The notes under the pieces: generated by a model
Told to the model about the DNA's origin: nothing
Seen by the model: only the letters and a program-made list of their open reading frames with translations
The model's database searches: none
Assembly (NCBI GenBank): GCA_051251915.1
Contig: JBPOGF010000001.1
Span: forward strand, 192,001-256,000
Reading direction: 5' to 3'
Source of the DNA: Akkermansiaceae bacterium
GTDB lineage: Bacteria > Verrucomicrobiota > Verrucomicrobiia > Verrucomicrobiales > Akkermansiaceae
Length of the DNA stretch: 64,000 bases
Shown here: positions 48,401 to 57,553 of the stretch, piece after piece
Layout: each line of letters begins with the position of its first letter
Numbering within the stretch: position 1 is the first letter of the stretch
Translations under genes and position numbers: made by a program

Positions 48401-48600
48401 GTTTATGTAAATTAGTGTGATTTTTCTAGGCTATTATTTACATATTTGTATAGCAGATTAAATCTGGGATGCTTGATTTTTTGCTTGATGTTATTACACC
48501 GTGATGGTTTTCTGATCATCCGGATTAACTTTATTCAATTCATCGAGGATGTATAGTTAATACAGTTTAATCCTTAGATAAAATAATAAAATAATAAAAT

Positions 48601-49347
48601 ATGAAAAAATACCTTATTACATTAGCCTTTGTTGGTGCCGCAGGTTATGCGCAAGCAGTGTCTATCGCGATTGATTTTGCTAGGCCTACTGGCCAGAATG
48701 CGACGACAGTTTTCGCAGATTACCAAGCAGCAGATGCAAATTTGTTAGGCACAGATGCGGATAACTTCAGGCAACTTTCCGGTAACAATCCGGATCCTTA
48801 TAATAACCTTAATACTACACTTGATGGATTAACTGTTACGAATACGGGAACTGGTGATATCAGCGGTATTGGTAATGCTGGGAATACAGCCTGGAATGAC
48901 TTGTCACCGATCTATGAAGGATACGCTTACGTAGATACCAATAATAATCCTACAGTTGCACCAGAGGTTACGATTTCTGGATTAGCTGCCTTGGGCGCAG
49001 GACAGACGATTACTCTTACAATGTATGGAGTTGGAGATAATATAGACCAGGATAGTACTTTTGTATCTACCTTCGGAGCTAATCCTACTCAAACTGGGCG
49101 CACTGAATATAACGCTGATGCTCCTACTCCTAGAAACGACAGCACTGGTTTCGTTGGCTTTGTTCAGCATGTTTATACCTCAGATGGAATTACAGATGAG
49201 ATTTCTTTTACATGGGCAAGAAACACAGATAGCAATCGATACATTGCTTTGAATGGTTTTTCCGTGAGTGTTGTGCCAGAGCCTTCATCTGCTCTTTTGT
49301 TTGGCCTAGGTTCGCTTGCTTTGTTGGGACGTCGTCGCAGAGTATAA
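48601..49347 (+). CDS. PEP-CTERM sorting-domain surface protein
   Basis: Signal peptide (AQA); C-terminal VPEPSSALLFGLGSLALLGRRRRV. Confidence 0.92.
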   Translation: MKKYLITLAFVGAAGYAQAVSIAIDFARPTGQNATTVFADYQAADANLLGTDADNFRQLSGNNPDPYNNLNTTLDGLTVTNTGTGDISGIGNAGNTAWNDLSPIYEGYAYVDTNNNPTVAPEVTISGLAALGAGQTITLTMYGVGDNIDQDSTFVSTFGANPTQTGRTEYNADAPTPRNDSTGFVGFVQHVYTSDGITDEISFTWARNTDSNRYIALNGFSVSVVPEPSSALLFGLGSLALLGRRRRV

Positions 49348-49371
49348 TTTAGCTAGATTTCTTAATAACAT

Positions 49372-49407
49372 AAAAAACCGTATCTCGTTTATAGATACGG
49401 TTTTTTT
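49372..49407. terminator. Bidirectional intrinsic terminator
   Basis: aaaaaaccgtatct-cgtttat-agatacggttttttt between convergent genes. Confidence 0.85.
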
Positions 49408-49476
49408 ATATAGTAGATGGGTACAATAGGGTAGAAGAATTAGTCCTATGTTTAGGTTAACAAATTATCTCATATA

Positions 49477-49779
49477 CTATGGGAGTTTGAAGACTTTGAG
49501 TGTGCTTTTGTCTGGCTTTCCTGTTTTAGGGTCCGCTGTTATGGTGGACGGGTCACCTGCAAGTTGACCGCTCTTGAAGCCTTTAGCAACGATAGGATTA
49601 TATGGACGGAAAGGGCTGACGTAATGGTCTTTGACTGGTTCTCCGGTAGAAGGATCAACCATTTGTTTAGCTACTGGATGGCTAGATGCTGTATCCGTGC
49701 CTGGAGCTGTGTTAGCGCATGAGGAGAAGAGGGCTGCGGAGGCGGCTATGATTAATGAGAAGAATGTTTTTTGTTTCAT
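49477..49779 (-). CDS. Small lipoprotein, distant paralog of 47210..47545
   Basis: Lipobox FSSC; HPVAK..YVSPF..KGFKSG..GDP..VFKLP. Confidence 0.7.
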   Translation of the reverse strand: MKQKTFFSLIIAASAALFSSCANTAPGTDTASSHPVAKQMVDPSTGEPVKDHYVSPFRPYNPIVAKGFKSGQLAGDPSTITADPKTGKPDKSTLKVFKLP

Positions 49780-49904
49780 GATGTTATCTTAAGTTTAGGC
49801 GGGCTTAGATCAAGAGGATTTTTAGGTAATATTATTCACTTGGTTAGTATTAAACTGTTTCATGTCAATGTACTGTTCCTGTGGGATTACTTTGCTGGGG
49901 GAGG

Positions 49905-50735
49905 TCAGAGGCCTGCGATGGAGCTGAGGAGGTGCCAGATTTTTTTTGGTTTGGAGAGGGTGTAGCGTTGGTCGAAGACTTGGAAGTGGTCTGCTTGCAT
50001 TTTTTTGAGGATGCCGTGATAGATCTTGCGCATGGCTTCTGAGGAGCGGAGGGCTTTGGCGTCTTCTTGGTGGAAATTTTTCTCTGCTTCTAGGTAATAG
50101 TATTCAGCGCGCTCGGAGATGTACTGCATCATGGCGATGAATCTGCCGTCGTGGACACGGCCTACGAGGTCGCGTTCTGAGTATTGGAAGCGGATCATAT
50201 CGTTCTCAGGGATGTAGATGCGGAGGTTGTCTGAGAGGTCCTCGCCGACATCACGGAGGATGTTGGTGAGTTGGAGGGCGTGGCCAAGGTTTACGGCGTA
50301 TTTTTCTGAGTCTGGGTGTTTGCAGCCGAAGATTTTGATGGAAATGAGACCTACGCAGGATGCTACTTGGTAGGTGTATTTCTTGAGGTCTTCCCATTCA
50401 GCGAAGCGTCTGGATGGCTTGAGGTCTGAGTAGCAGCCAGCAATGAGGTCGAGGAATAGTTGGTTGTCGATCTGGTAGCGGTCTCTGATTTCAAGGGTGT
50501 TTTGCTGAGTCTGGGTGAGGGGTTCTGGTGGTTGCTCTGAGAAACATTGTTTCCAGTTTTGGAGGCCAGAGAGCTTTTCATCCATGGGGATGTCTGGGGA
50601 GTCTGCGAGGTCGTCAACGATTCTGCAAAAGGCGTAGAGGTTGACCATGTCGCTACGCCGTTGTTTGGGGAGGCAAGCAAATGCAAATGCGAGGTTCGAT
50701 TTGGCACTTTTAGTGATTTGCTTGGCTTCTGACAT
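49905..50735 (-). CDS. hpnD: Presqualene diphosphate synthase HpnD-like (squalene/phytoene synthase family)
   Basis: SNLAFAF..LP, YAFCRIVDDLAD, VASCVG, ALQLTNILRDVGED..RIYIP. Confidence 0.75.
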   Translation of the reverse strand: MSEAKQITKSAKSNLAFAFACLPKQRRSDMVNLYAFCRIVDDLADSPDIPMDEKLSGLQNWKQCFSEQPPEPLTQTQQNTLEIRDRYQIDNQLFLDLIAGCYSDLKPSRRFAEWEDLKKYTYQVASCVGLISIKIFGCKHPDSEKYAVNLGHALQLTNILRDVGEDLSDNLRIYIPENDMIRFQYSERDLVGRVHDGRFIAMMQYISERAEYYYLEAEKNFHQEDAKALRSSEAMRKIYHGILKKMQADHFQVFDQRYTLSKPKKIWHLLSSIAGL

Positions 50736-50787
50736 ATTTTTTATTGGCTGCTTGTTACTCAGGCTAGTAGATGATTGGGATGGGGGG

Positions 50788-52056
50788 TTATTTGATTTTG
50801 CCCCAGTGTCCGCTGCCGAATGGCCAGAGTGACATGAAGGCTGGGCCTACGACGTTGTATTCTTTTACTGATCCCCAGATGCGGGAATCGGATGATTTGT
50901 ATGAATTATCGCCCATGGCCCAGTATTCTGAGAGTCCTGTGGATGGTTTGTTGTCGAGCTTCTTGTCGGTGATGCCCATGAAATTATAACCATTGTAACC
51001 GTTGGTGAGTGACTGGACGCGTAGGATGCCTGGATCAGTGGCATTTTGTCCATCTCTGACGATGATTCCACCGTTAGGGTAGTCTGGGTTCTCATGCTTT
51101 ATTGGCTGGATGCTGACGTGTTGGCCAGGTGTGGCGATGAGGCGCTTGATATAATGAGAAGGAGGGATGTTGTTCTTCTTGTTAGATGCCTCGATGTATT
51201 CGATGCCTCTGGTGTCGAAGACGAAGACCTCTCCGTGTTCTGGGCTTCTGAAGTGGTAGGAGACTTTATCTACGAGGATGAGATCACCCGACTCGGTGTA
51301 TCCTTCGAGGACTTTGGTGCCAGCAGAGATCTCGTATAGAGGGAATAATGGGCGGCCAAAATCTTGTGAGCCTCTGAAGTATGCGTCAGCTCGGTCATCG
51401 ATAGATTTGTGCTTGAGCCTAGCCCATTTGCTGGGGTCTTGTTTAAGGACTAGGTCGTCGTAGAGCTTAGTAAGTCCGGCTTGTTCAAGTGAGGTGGCGG
51501 AGCCTGAGAATGATTCAACTTGGCCGTTGGAGAACTGGACTGTCACGCGGGGGAAGAAGTGCATGAATTGGCCGTCTGTGATGGAGACTATCTTTGAATT
51601 TCCTTTGGCTGTGAGTGAGAAATAATTTCTGCCGTGGGTAGCCTGCTGGGCGAGACGGACAGGGAATGATGGCCAGTCTTTTTCTAGTTTTGCAGCTCCA
51701 GTGATGCCGTTGAGGGCTGGATACATGGAGTTGGTAGGGATACGGAATGGCTGGAGGAAGTAGGCGCGGATACCGAGAGCAACGACGATGGCTACGAAGA
51801 AGACCTCAAGGTTTTCTTGGAGAGCATTTGGGTTGCGGTATTTTGGTAGTGCTTGCTCGCAGGTTTTCTCTAGTAGTTTACCAGCTTCTGCGGTTGCGGC
51901 ACGATCGTTTGCTTTGATGGCTGACTTGAGATCAGCTCTGCGTGATTCTATCTCAGTGACGCGGTCTGCTTCTAGGAGGTCGCGTTTGTAGTTAAGAAAT
52001 TTGAGAGCTCCTTTGTGGAGAAGCAGGGCTTGTTTTTTCCATTTTGGTTTAAACAT
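50788..52056 (-). CDS. lepB: Signal peptidase I
   Basis: QPFRIPTNSMYP, GDLILVDK, YIKRL, MGDNSYKSSDSRIWG. Confidence 0.92.
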   Translation of the reverse strand: MFKPKWKKQALLLHKGALKFLNYKRDLLEADRVTEIESRRADLKSAIKANDRAATAEAGKLLEKTCEQALPKYRNPNALQENLEVFFVAIVVALGIRAYFLQPFRIPTNSMYPALNGITGAAKLEKDWPSFPVRLAQQATHGRNYFSLTAKGNSKIVSITDGQFMHFFPRVTVQFSNGQVESFSGSATSLEQAGLTKLYDDLVLKQDPSKWARLKHKSIDDRADAYFRGSQDFGRPLFPLYEISAGTKVLEGYTESGDLILVDKVSYHFRSPEHGEVFVFDTRGIEYIEASNKKNNIPPSHYIKRLIATPGQHVSIQPIKHENPDYPNGGIIVRDGQNATDPGILRVQSLTNGYNGYNFMGITDKKLDNKPSTGLSEYWAMGDNSYKSSDSRIWGSVKEYNVVGPAFMSLWPFGSGHWGKIK

Positions 52057-52299
52057 TATTTTTGAATCACTTGGTTGGTTCGGTTAGAGAGTGGTGGTGA
52101 TGCGACGATATTGCCAGAATATTTTGAGGTAATTTGATCAAGATCAGGGAGGGTGGAGGTAGATGGGTGATTATTTTCTGAAAAGAGGGCTTTACGTGAC
52201 TCAGAATTGTGGCATAGCTGTGTTGCTCAATTACTAGTTAACAACTGATTAACTCTAAAAATCTGGGCATATAATCATCAAAATTTAGAAAACAATAAT

Positions 52300-52716
52300 A
52301 TGGATATACAAATAGCAACTCTCTGCGACTTCGCAGCTGACTATAATGGCAAAATGGTAATCACTGGAACATTTGATACGCTTGCAGGTAAGGCAATGCC
52401 ACTTGTGCACCCTACTTGTGTGCTTGCTATGCGTCTTTGCATCACTCCTGAAGATAGCGGAAGTCATACATTTTCAGTGAATATCATCGATGCAGATGGA
52501 AACTCACTTGACGACAAAATGCCAATCGAGGCAGATATGCCAATCGAACTTCCTGAGAATGTGCCATTCATGACACGTAACCTCATTCTTAACCTTCAAG
52601 GACTTAAGTTCCCTGAAGATGGTGTGTATTCAATCGACATTAGCGTGGATGAGGAACTTGTTTCTCGTATTCCTCTTCGCATTGTGGAGATGGACGCAGA
52701 TAGTCAGCCAGCTTAA
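52300..52716 (+). CDS. Conserved hypothetical protein (DUF6941-like)
   Basis: LCDFA..NGK..I.GTFD and L.FP..G.YSI pattern. Confidence 0.65.
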   Translation: MDIQIATLCDFAADYNGKMVITGTFDTLAGKAMPLVHPTCVLAMRLCITPEDSGSHTFSVNIIDADGNSLDDKMPIEADMPIELPENVPFMTRNLILNLQGLKFPEDGVYSIDISVDEELVSRIPLRIVEMDADSQPA

Positions 52717-52734
52717 TTAGGCAATTCACAAGCG

Positions 52735-53544
52735 ATGATGAGTGAACATGATGAGTCATTTTATGATTCTGTTCTGATTACCGGTGCTTCAGGTGGCATT
52801 GGTGAGGAGTTTGCTCGTCAGCTTGTGTTCCGTTGTCACCAGATGATTCTGGTGGCTCGACGGGAAAATAGGCTGATGGATCTAGCCGCTGATTTGAAGC
52901 GGCAGAATCCCAGTCTGGATATTTTATTTTTTGTAGTGGATCTTACTTCTGCTACTGAGAGGGAGGATTTCCTCAAGATGCTTCTGAATAATGGAGCTAA
53001 GCCTGATTTGCTGATTAATAATGCAGGGATGGGGGATTACCAGAGGTTTGCACAATCTGACTGGGATAAAATAGATAATATGATGCAGGTCAATATGACT
53101 GCTCTGACGCACCTGACGCACCGACTTATTCCGCAGATGCGGGAGCGAGGTAGTGGGGCGATTATAAATGTGAGTTCACTGGCTAGTATTTTGCCGATGC
53201 CTGAGTTTGCAGTGTATGCGGCTACGAAGGCTTATGTGACGAGTTTTTCTGAGGCGTTGAGGCTGGAACTGAAGGAGGATAATATTCCGGTGATGGCGCT
53301 TTGTCCTGGGCCGGTGCATACGGAGTTTGGCTCGGTGGCTATGCCGGCGGATGCGAAGGAGTTACCGGGGAGAGAGATGTTTTACGTGGATAAATCTGTG
53401 GTGGTTGAGCAGGCCCTTGTAGGGTTGAGCCGACATAAGGCAAGGGTTTATCCGGGATGGAAGGTGGCGCTTGCTGCGGCTGGGATTTCACTTTTACCGC
53501 TGGCTGTGATCCGCTTAGTCATGAGTAAGCGGTTGAACGATTAG
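52735..53544 (+). CDS. Short-chain dehydrogenase/reductase
   Basis: TGASGGIG, NNAG, YAATK, CPGPV.TEF. Confidence 0.92.
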   Translation: MMSEHDESFYDSVLITGASGGIGEEFARQLVFRCHQMILVARRENRLMDLAADLKRQNPSLDILFFVVDLTSATEREDFLKMLLNNGAKPDLLINNAGMGDYQRFAQSDWDKIDNMMQVNMTALTHLTHRLIPQMRERGSGAIINVSSLASILPMPEFAVYAATKAYVTSFSEALRLELKEDNIPVMALCPGPVHTEFGSVAMPADAKELPGREMFYVDKSVVVEQALVGLSRHKARVYPGWKVALAAAGISLLPLAVIRLVMSKRLND

Positions 53545-53555
53545 AATCTAATACG

Positions 53556-53951
53556 ATGTCAGAATTTGAACATATTGATGGCGTTAAAGTGGAGGTGGAT
53601 CAGGTGGTGTATATGCCATCGCTTCATAGTCCGATGGATAAGCCGCATCCGTTCATTTACTATATCACGATATATAATAACTCAGAAGAGGTTATCCAGA
53701 TTTTAGGAAGGAAATGGGTGGTTACTGAGAGTGATGGCGCGTGTGTGGTGGTGGAGGGGAATGGAGTGATAGGTGAGAAACCGACTTTGAATCCAGGAGA
53801 GCATTTTAGCTACAATAGCTACCATGTGGTGGCTAGGTCAGGAGAGGCATGTGGTGCTTATTATGGGGTGACGCTGAGTGAAAAAGGTGGGTTGAGTAAG
53901 GAGAGATTCATGGTTGAGATCCCTGAGTTCGAGTTAAGGTGCCCTGGGTAA
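53556..53951 (+). CDS. apaG: ApaG-domain protein
   Basis: FIYYITI.N, RKW.., VEGNGVIGEKPTL.PGE.FSYNS. Confidence 0.88.
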   Translation: MSEFEHIDGVKVEVDQVVYMPSLHSPMDKPHPFIYYITIYNNSEEVIQILGRKWVVTESDGACVVVEGNGVIGEKPTLNPGEHFSYNSYHVVARSGEACGAYYGVTLSEKGGLSKERFMVEIPEFELRCPG

Positions 53952-53965
53952 TGAAAAGGTAGCAT

Positions 53966-54000
53966 AAAAAAACCTGACCGCTGTTAGGCAATCAGGTTTT
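53966..54000. terminator. Bidirectional intrinsic terminator
   Basis: aaaaaaacctga..cgctgttaggc..tcaggtttt. Confidence 0.7.
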
Positions 54001-54020
54001 GTGGTTAGTAGGTTGCTCTA

Positions 54021-54419
54021 TTAGCGGCGATTTGAGTAGTGGCTTCTGTGCTGATTAGAGTGATAGTTATTTTTTTGGCTTCCTCTCGGAGGTGTGTAGC
54101 GGCTGTGGCTATTGTATCCTCTAGGCTTTGCTACTGCTCTATATCCTCTGTTGCTGTGGGTGTAGAAGATGTCACCTACGATGTAGTAGAGGATATTTCC
54201 GAATGTCACCGTTCTGCGGTTGCTGGGCAACCTATTGATGTATCCTGCGTGTTGATGGCCATGAGCTTTCTGTGGGACGACTGTTCTTGTAGGTTGAACT
54301 CTATGCTGGTGTGAGCTGTGGTTAGAGTTCGGTCTAGCGTAGCTGCTGATGGCACTTAATCCTAGGATGATGCTGCTGAGGATTACTGTCTTTGTTTTTG
54401 TATTTTGTTTTGTTTTCAT
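54021..54419 (-). CDS. Secreted basic His-rich protein (DUF6515-like), paralog 1
   Basis: Signal peptide ..SSYA; INRLP....V..G...YY.VGD.FY....GY..V.KP. Confidence 0.7.
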   Translation of the reverse strand: MKTKQNTKTKTVILSSIILGLSAISSYARPNSNHSSHQHRVQPTRTVVPQKAHGHQHAGYINRLPSNRRTVTFGNILYYIVGDIFYTHSNRGYRAVAKPRGYNSHSRYTPPRGSQKNNYHSNQHRSHYSNRR

Positions 54420-54566
54420 AGTTACTTTAGTTCTTGGTTGTGCCTATGAAACAAAAGGTTTCGCAGATAGTGTCGTTTTTTTTGTAACTGTTTTATTCAA
54501 TTTATTTTCACTTTTTTTTGTTCTAACAATTTCTAACAACTTGTTAGGTGGAGATCATTGAGGTGC

Positions 54567-54604
54567 AAAAAAAAAGACCCGATCGCTGTTAGGCGATCGA
54601 GTCT
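54567..54604 (-). terminator. Intrinsic terminator of the 54628..55011 gene
   Basis: A9-gacccgatcgc-tgttag-gcgatcgagtct; same loop as the 53966 hairpin. Confidence 0.7.
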
Positions 54605-54627
54605 GATTAGATTTTAGAAGTTATTTT

Positions 54628-55011
54628 CTAGCGGTGTCTCAGCACACGTGCTGGTGTGTGGTGAGTTACTTTTGGTGCTGGCTTGGCTGGGGCGTAACGG
54701 TAATTGATACCTTTTGGTTTAGTTACGATTATGTAGCCTTTGTTGGTGCGGGTGTAGCAGGTGTCACCTACGAAGTAGTAGTAAGCGTTGCCGTGTTTGA
54801 CTGTTTTATAGTTGTTAGGCAATCTGTTGATGTACTTTACTTTGTGTGGTGTTTTGGCTTGCTGAGCGATGAGTTTTACTGGCTGAGCTTTAGACTTAGA
54901 GCTCTGATGTGCATGTTGATGAGTGTTTGCATAGCTGCTGATGGCGCTGAGTCCAAGGATGATGCTGCTGATGATTACTGTCTTTGTTTTTGTATTTTGT
55001 TTTGTTTTCAT
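54628..55011 (-). CDS. Secreted basic His-rich protein (DUF6515-like), paralog 2
   Basis: Near-identical signal peptide and the same core as 54021..54419. Confidence 0.7.
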   Translation of the reverse strand: MKTKQNTKTKTVIISSIILGLSAISSYANTHQHAHQSSKSKAQPVKLIAQQAKTPHKVKYINRLPNNYKTVKHGNAYYYFVGDTCYTRTNKGYIIVTKPKGINYRYAPAKPAPKVTHHTPARVLRHR

Positions 55012-55154
55012 AGTTATGTAGTTCTTGGTTGTGGCTATGAAACAAAAGGTTTCGCGAAAGGTGTCATTTTTTCTAGAAGTGTTTTATTCAAATTATTTTT
55101 GATTATTTTCACTCTAACAGTTTTGTAAATGACTACGGTGTGGCTGAAGTCTAT

Positions 55155-55619
55155 TTAATTATAGAACAACTCGTCGAGGACTTCAGTTCTCCATGGCTGG
55201 CCGATGATGGCTGTAGCGTGCATGATACTGGTGGGGTCATTGCTGTGGTCTCTCCCTAGGACGCAGTGGCCTAGCTCGTGTATGACAATCTCGCTTACGA
55301 GTTCATCTGTTGCATTACGCAGTGTGTGGCTGATGATGATGGCTTTGTCTCCAGATGCAGATACTGAGCAGAGTCCATAGGCTCCGTTGGTATTGCCGTA
55401 TTGGATGTCTAAGCCGTCTAGTTTTACGGTGACATTGCGTTTGTTTGCTTCAATAACGAATCTATCTACGATGGCTTGAAAATCTGGGTCAACCGCTTGG
55501 TCGGTAACATCGTTATTGGAGAGAGTGAAGCTGTTGCTGGCTACTGGGGTGGAGGAGTCGCACGAGATGAGGGAAAATGAGCTGAAAATGAGGATGGTAG
55601 AGGTAAGTTTTTTAAACAT
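55155..55619 (-). CDS. Matrixin-like (metzincin) zinc metallopeptidase lipoprotein
   Basis: Lipobox LISC; HELGHCVLGRDH and Met-turn SIMH. Confidence 0.82.
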   Translation of the reverse strand: MFKKLTSTILIFSSFSLISCDSSTPVASNSFTLSNNDVTDQAVDPDFQAIVDRFVIEANKRNVTVKLDGLDIQYGNTNGAYGLCSVSASGDKAIIISHTLRNATDELVSEIVIHELGHCVLGRDHSNDPTSIMHATAIIGQPWRTEVLDELFYN

Positions 55620-55758
55620 AGAAAAGTTTTACAATAGAGCGTATTACTTGGCAATCTCATCCTTTTATTCTTGAGGGGTGGGTGAGATTTTTTCAGGAGA
55701 TTTTTTATACTGGTGTCTCTTAACTTGTCAGTTTGACGGTATTGAGTAAACTGGTGGC

Positions 55759-57096
55759 ATGACTTTTTTAATTAAGAAAATTTCTTTGATCTCTTATTTA
55801 TGTTTTGGGCTGTGTTTGGTGGTTGGTAATTTAGCTTTGGCTCAGGAGGGTGGGCTTACTGATGAGAAGGTGAAAGTGGAGGAGGTGACGGCTGATCAGC
55901 GGATTAGTCAGCGTTTGAAGCAGATCTATGTGGCGCTTGATGGTCTAGAAAACATAGAGATAAAGACGGTGAGTGGGGTAGTGATTCTTTCAGGGAAGGT
56001 GTTAGATGCGGAATCTTCTGAGACAGCTGTGTCATTAGCGCAAAAGACTGAAGGGGTGATTTATGTGCGTAGTGATCTGGAGGTGGATACTGAGATTACG
56101 AATAGGATTAATCCATTGAAGAAGAAGTTGGCTAGTTGGTGGGGGAGTCTTAGTAGTAAATTTCCGTTGATTATGGTGGCAATTGGGGTGGTGTTTGTGG
56201 CTTATATGATAGGTAGGTGGATTGCGTCGTTGAATTACGTTTATAATGCGATTGGGTTAGAGGGGATGCCGGCGTTGTTGGTGAAGCGGTTGATTCGGAT
56301 TATCATTACGTTGATCGGTATTGCTTTGGCGTTGGAGATTCTTGATGCGACGACTATGGTGGGCGCGGTGCTGGGGTTGGCGGGTGTGGCTGGGATAGCG
56401 ATTGGTTTTGCGGTGCAGGGGATAGTGGAGAACTATTTGGCGGGGATGCTGCTGAGTGCTAGGAATCCGTTTGAGCTTGGTGACTTGGTTGAGGTGGGAT
56501 CACGCAAGGGGACTGTGGTGAGGTTGACTTCTAGGGATACGGTGTTGATGACTCCGGAGGGGAATCATTTGCGGGTGCCGAATGGGAAGATTCTTAAGGA
56601 GGATATTATGAATTATAGTCGTAATCCTAAACGGAGGTTTGATTTTGGGGTAGGTGTATCGGTTGAGCTTGATCTTGTGAGGGTGAAGGATCTGGGGCTG
56701 GATATTCTTAGTAAGATCAATGGTGTTCTGGATGATCCAGGTCCTAGTGTGGTGATAGAGGAGTTGGGTGATAGCTCGGTGAAGATGCGTTTTTATGGCT
56801 GGATGAATCAGACTGAGAGTGATCTTCAGAAGGTGCGGAGTGAGTCGATCCGGTTGATTAAGTCTAAGTTTGACCGTGAAGGGATTGAGATGCCTGAGCC
56901 GATTTATAGGGTGATTAATCTCAATAAAGAACCGGCTGAGCGGGCGGCTAACGAACAGGAGTATTTGGATTCAGCGATAGAGAGTGAAGAGTTGCAGGCG
57001 ACGGATACAGCAAAGGATAGCGATATTGATGATGCTGTGAGGAAGGAGATTTCTAATGTGGAGGAGGAGAATCTGTTGAAGAAGAGTGAGTTATGA
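55759..57096 (+). CDS. MscS-family mechanosensitive channel with N-terminal BON domain
   Basis: GVVILSG.V BON; GIAIGFAVQ..VENYLAG, PFELGD.V, R.PN, NYS. Confidence 0.88.
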   Translation: MTFLIKKISLISYLCFGLCLVVGNLALAQEGGLTDEKVKVEEVTADQRISQRLKQIYVALDGLENIEIKTVSGVVILSGKVLDAESSETAVSLAQKTEGVIYVRSDLEVDTEITNRINPLKKKLASWWGSLSSKFPLIMVAIGVVFVAYMIGRWIASLNYVYNAIGLEGMPALLVKRLIRIIITLIGIALALEILDATTMVGAVLGLAGVAGIAIGFAVQGIVENYLAGMLLSARNPFELGDLVEVGSRKGTVVRLTSRDTVLMTPEGNHLRVPNGKILKEDIMNYSRNPKRRFDFGVGVSVELDLVRVKDLGLDILSKINGVLDDPGPSVVIEELGDSSVKMRFYGWMNQTESDLQKVRSESIRLIKSKFDREGIEMPEPIYRVINLNKEPAERAANEQEYLDSAIESEELQATDTAKDSDIDDAVRKEISNVEEENLLKKSEL

Positions 57097-57482
57097 TGAG
57101 AAAATGTTTAGTAACTCTTGGTGGAGTTTATTTAATCTATATTATCATCGTCATTTTAACCTCGGCGATGTCTGAGCATATAGCCTTCAGAGTGTGCTTA
57201 AATGGTTGTGATTTATCAGACGAAAAAAATGTAATTTCATATGGAGATTCTCGTGATGGTCCTTGGATAATAATCAAGAATGAAGAGCTGTTATATGAAT
57301 GTGTAACTAAGAAAGGTCGTATTAAAAACCTTACGAAAAACGATATAGATAGTGCGCCCGAACCTATCAATAGACAGATTTCACTCGGGGTTGAGGGTGT
57401 CGTCAGGGAAGTGAAAGCGGGTCATTATTTGTATATTGTTAGACAGCCTAATCAGTTTTTGATATGGAGTATTAGTTTGTAG
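57093..57482 (+). CDS. Hypothetical protein, AT-rich
   Basis: 129-aa ORF with N-terminal TM; ATGA overlap with the MscS gene. Confidence 0.5.
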   Translation: MMRKCLVTLGGVYLIYIIIVILTSAMSEHIAFRVCLNGCDLSDEKNVISYGDSRDGPWIIIKNEELLYECVTKKGRIKNLTKNDIDSAPEPINRQISLGVEGVVREVKAGHYLYIVRQPNQFLIWSISL

Positions 57483-57553
57483 TTAGAAATAATAATGCCC
57501 AGCAATGGCATGGCTGTGTCATGTCACAACAAGTATACTGAATAGCATGCTGG

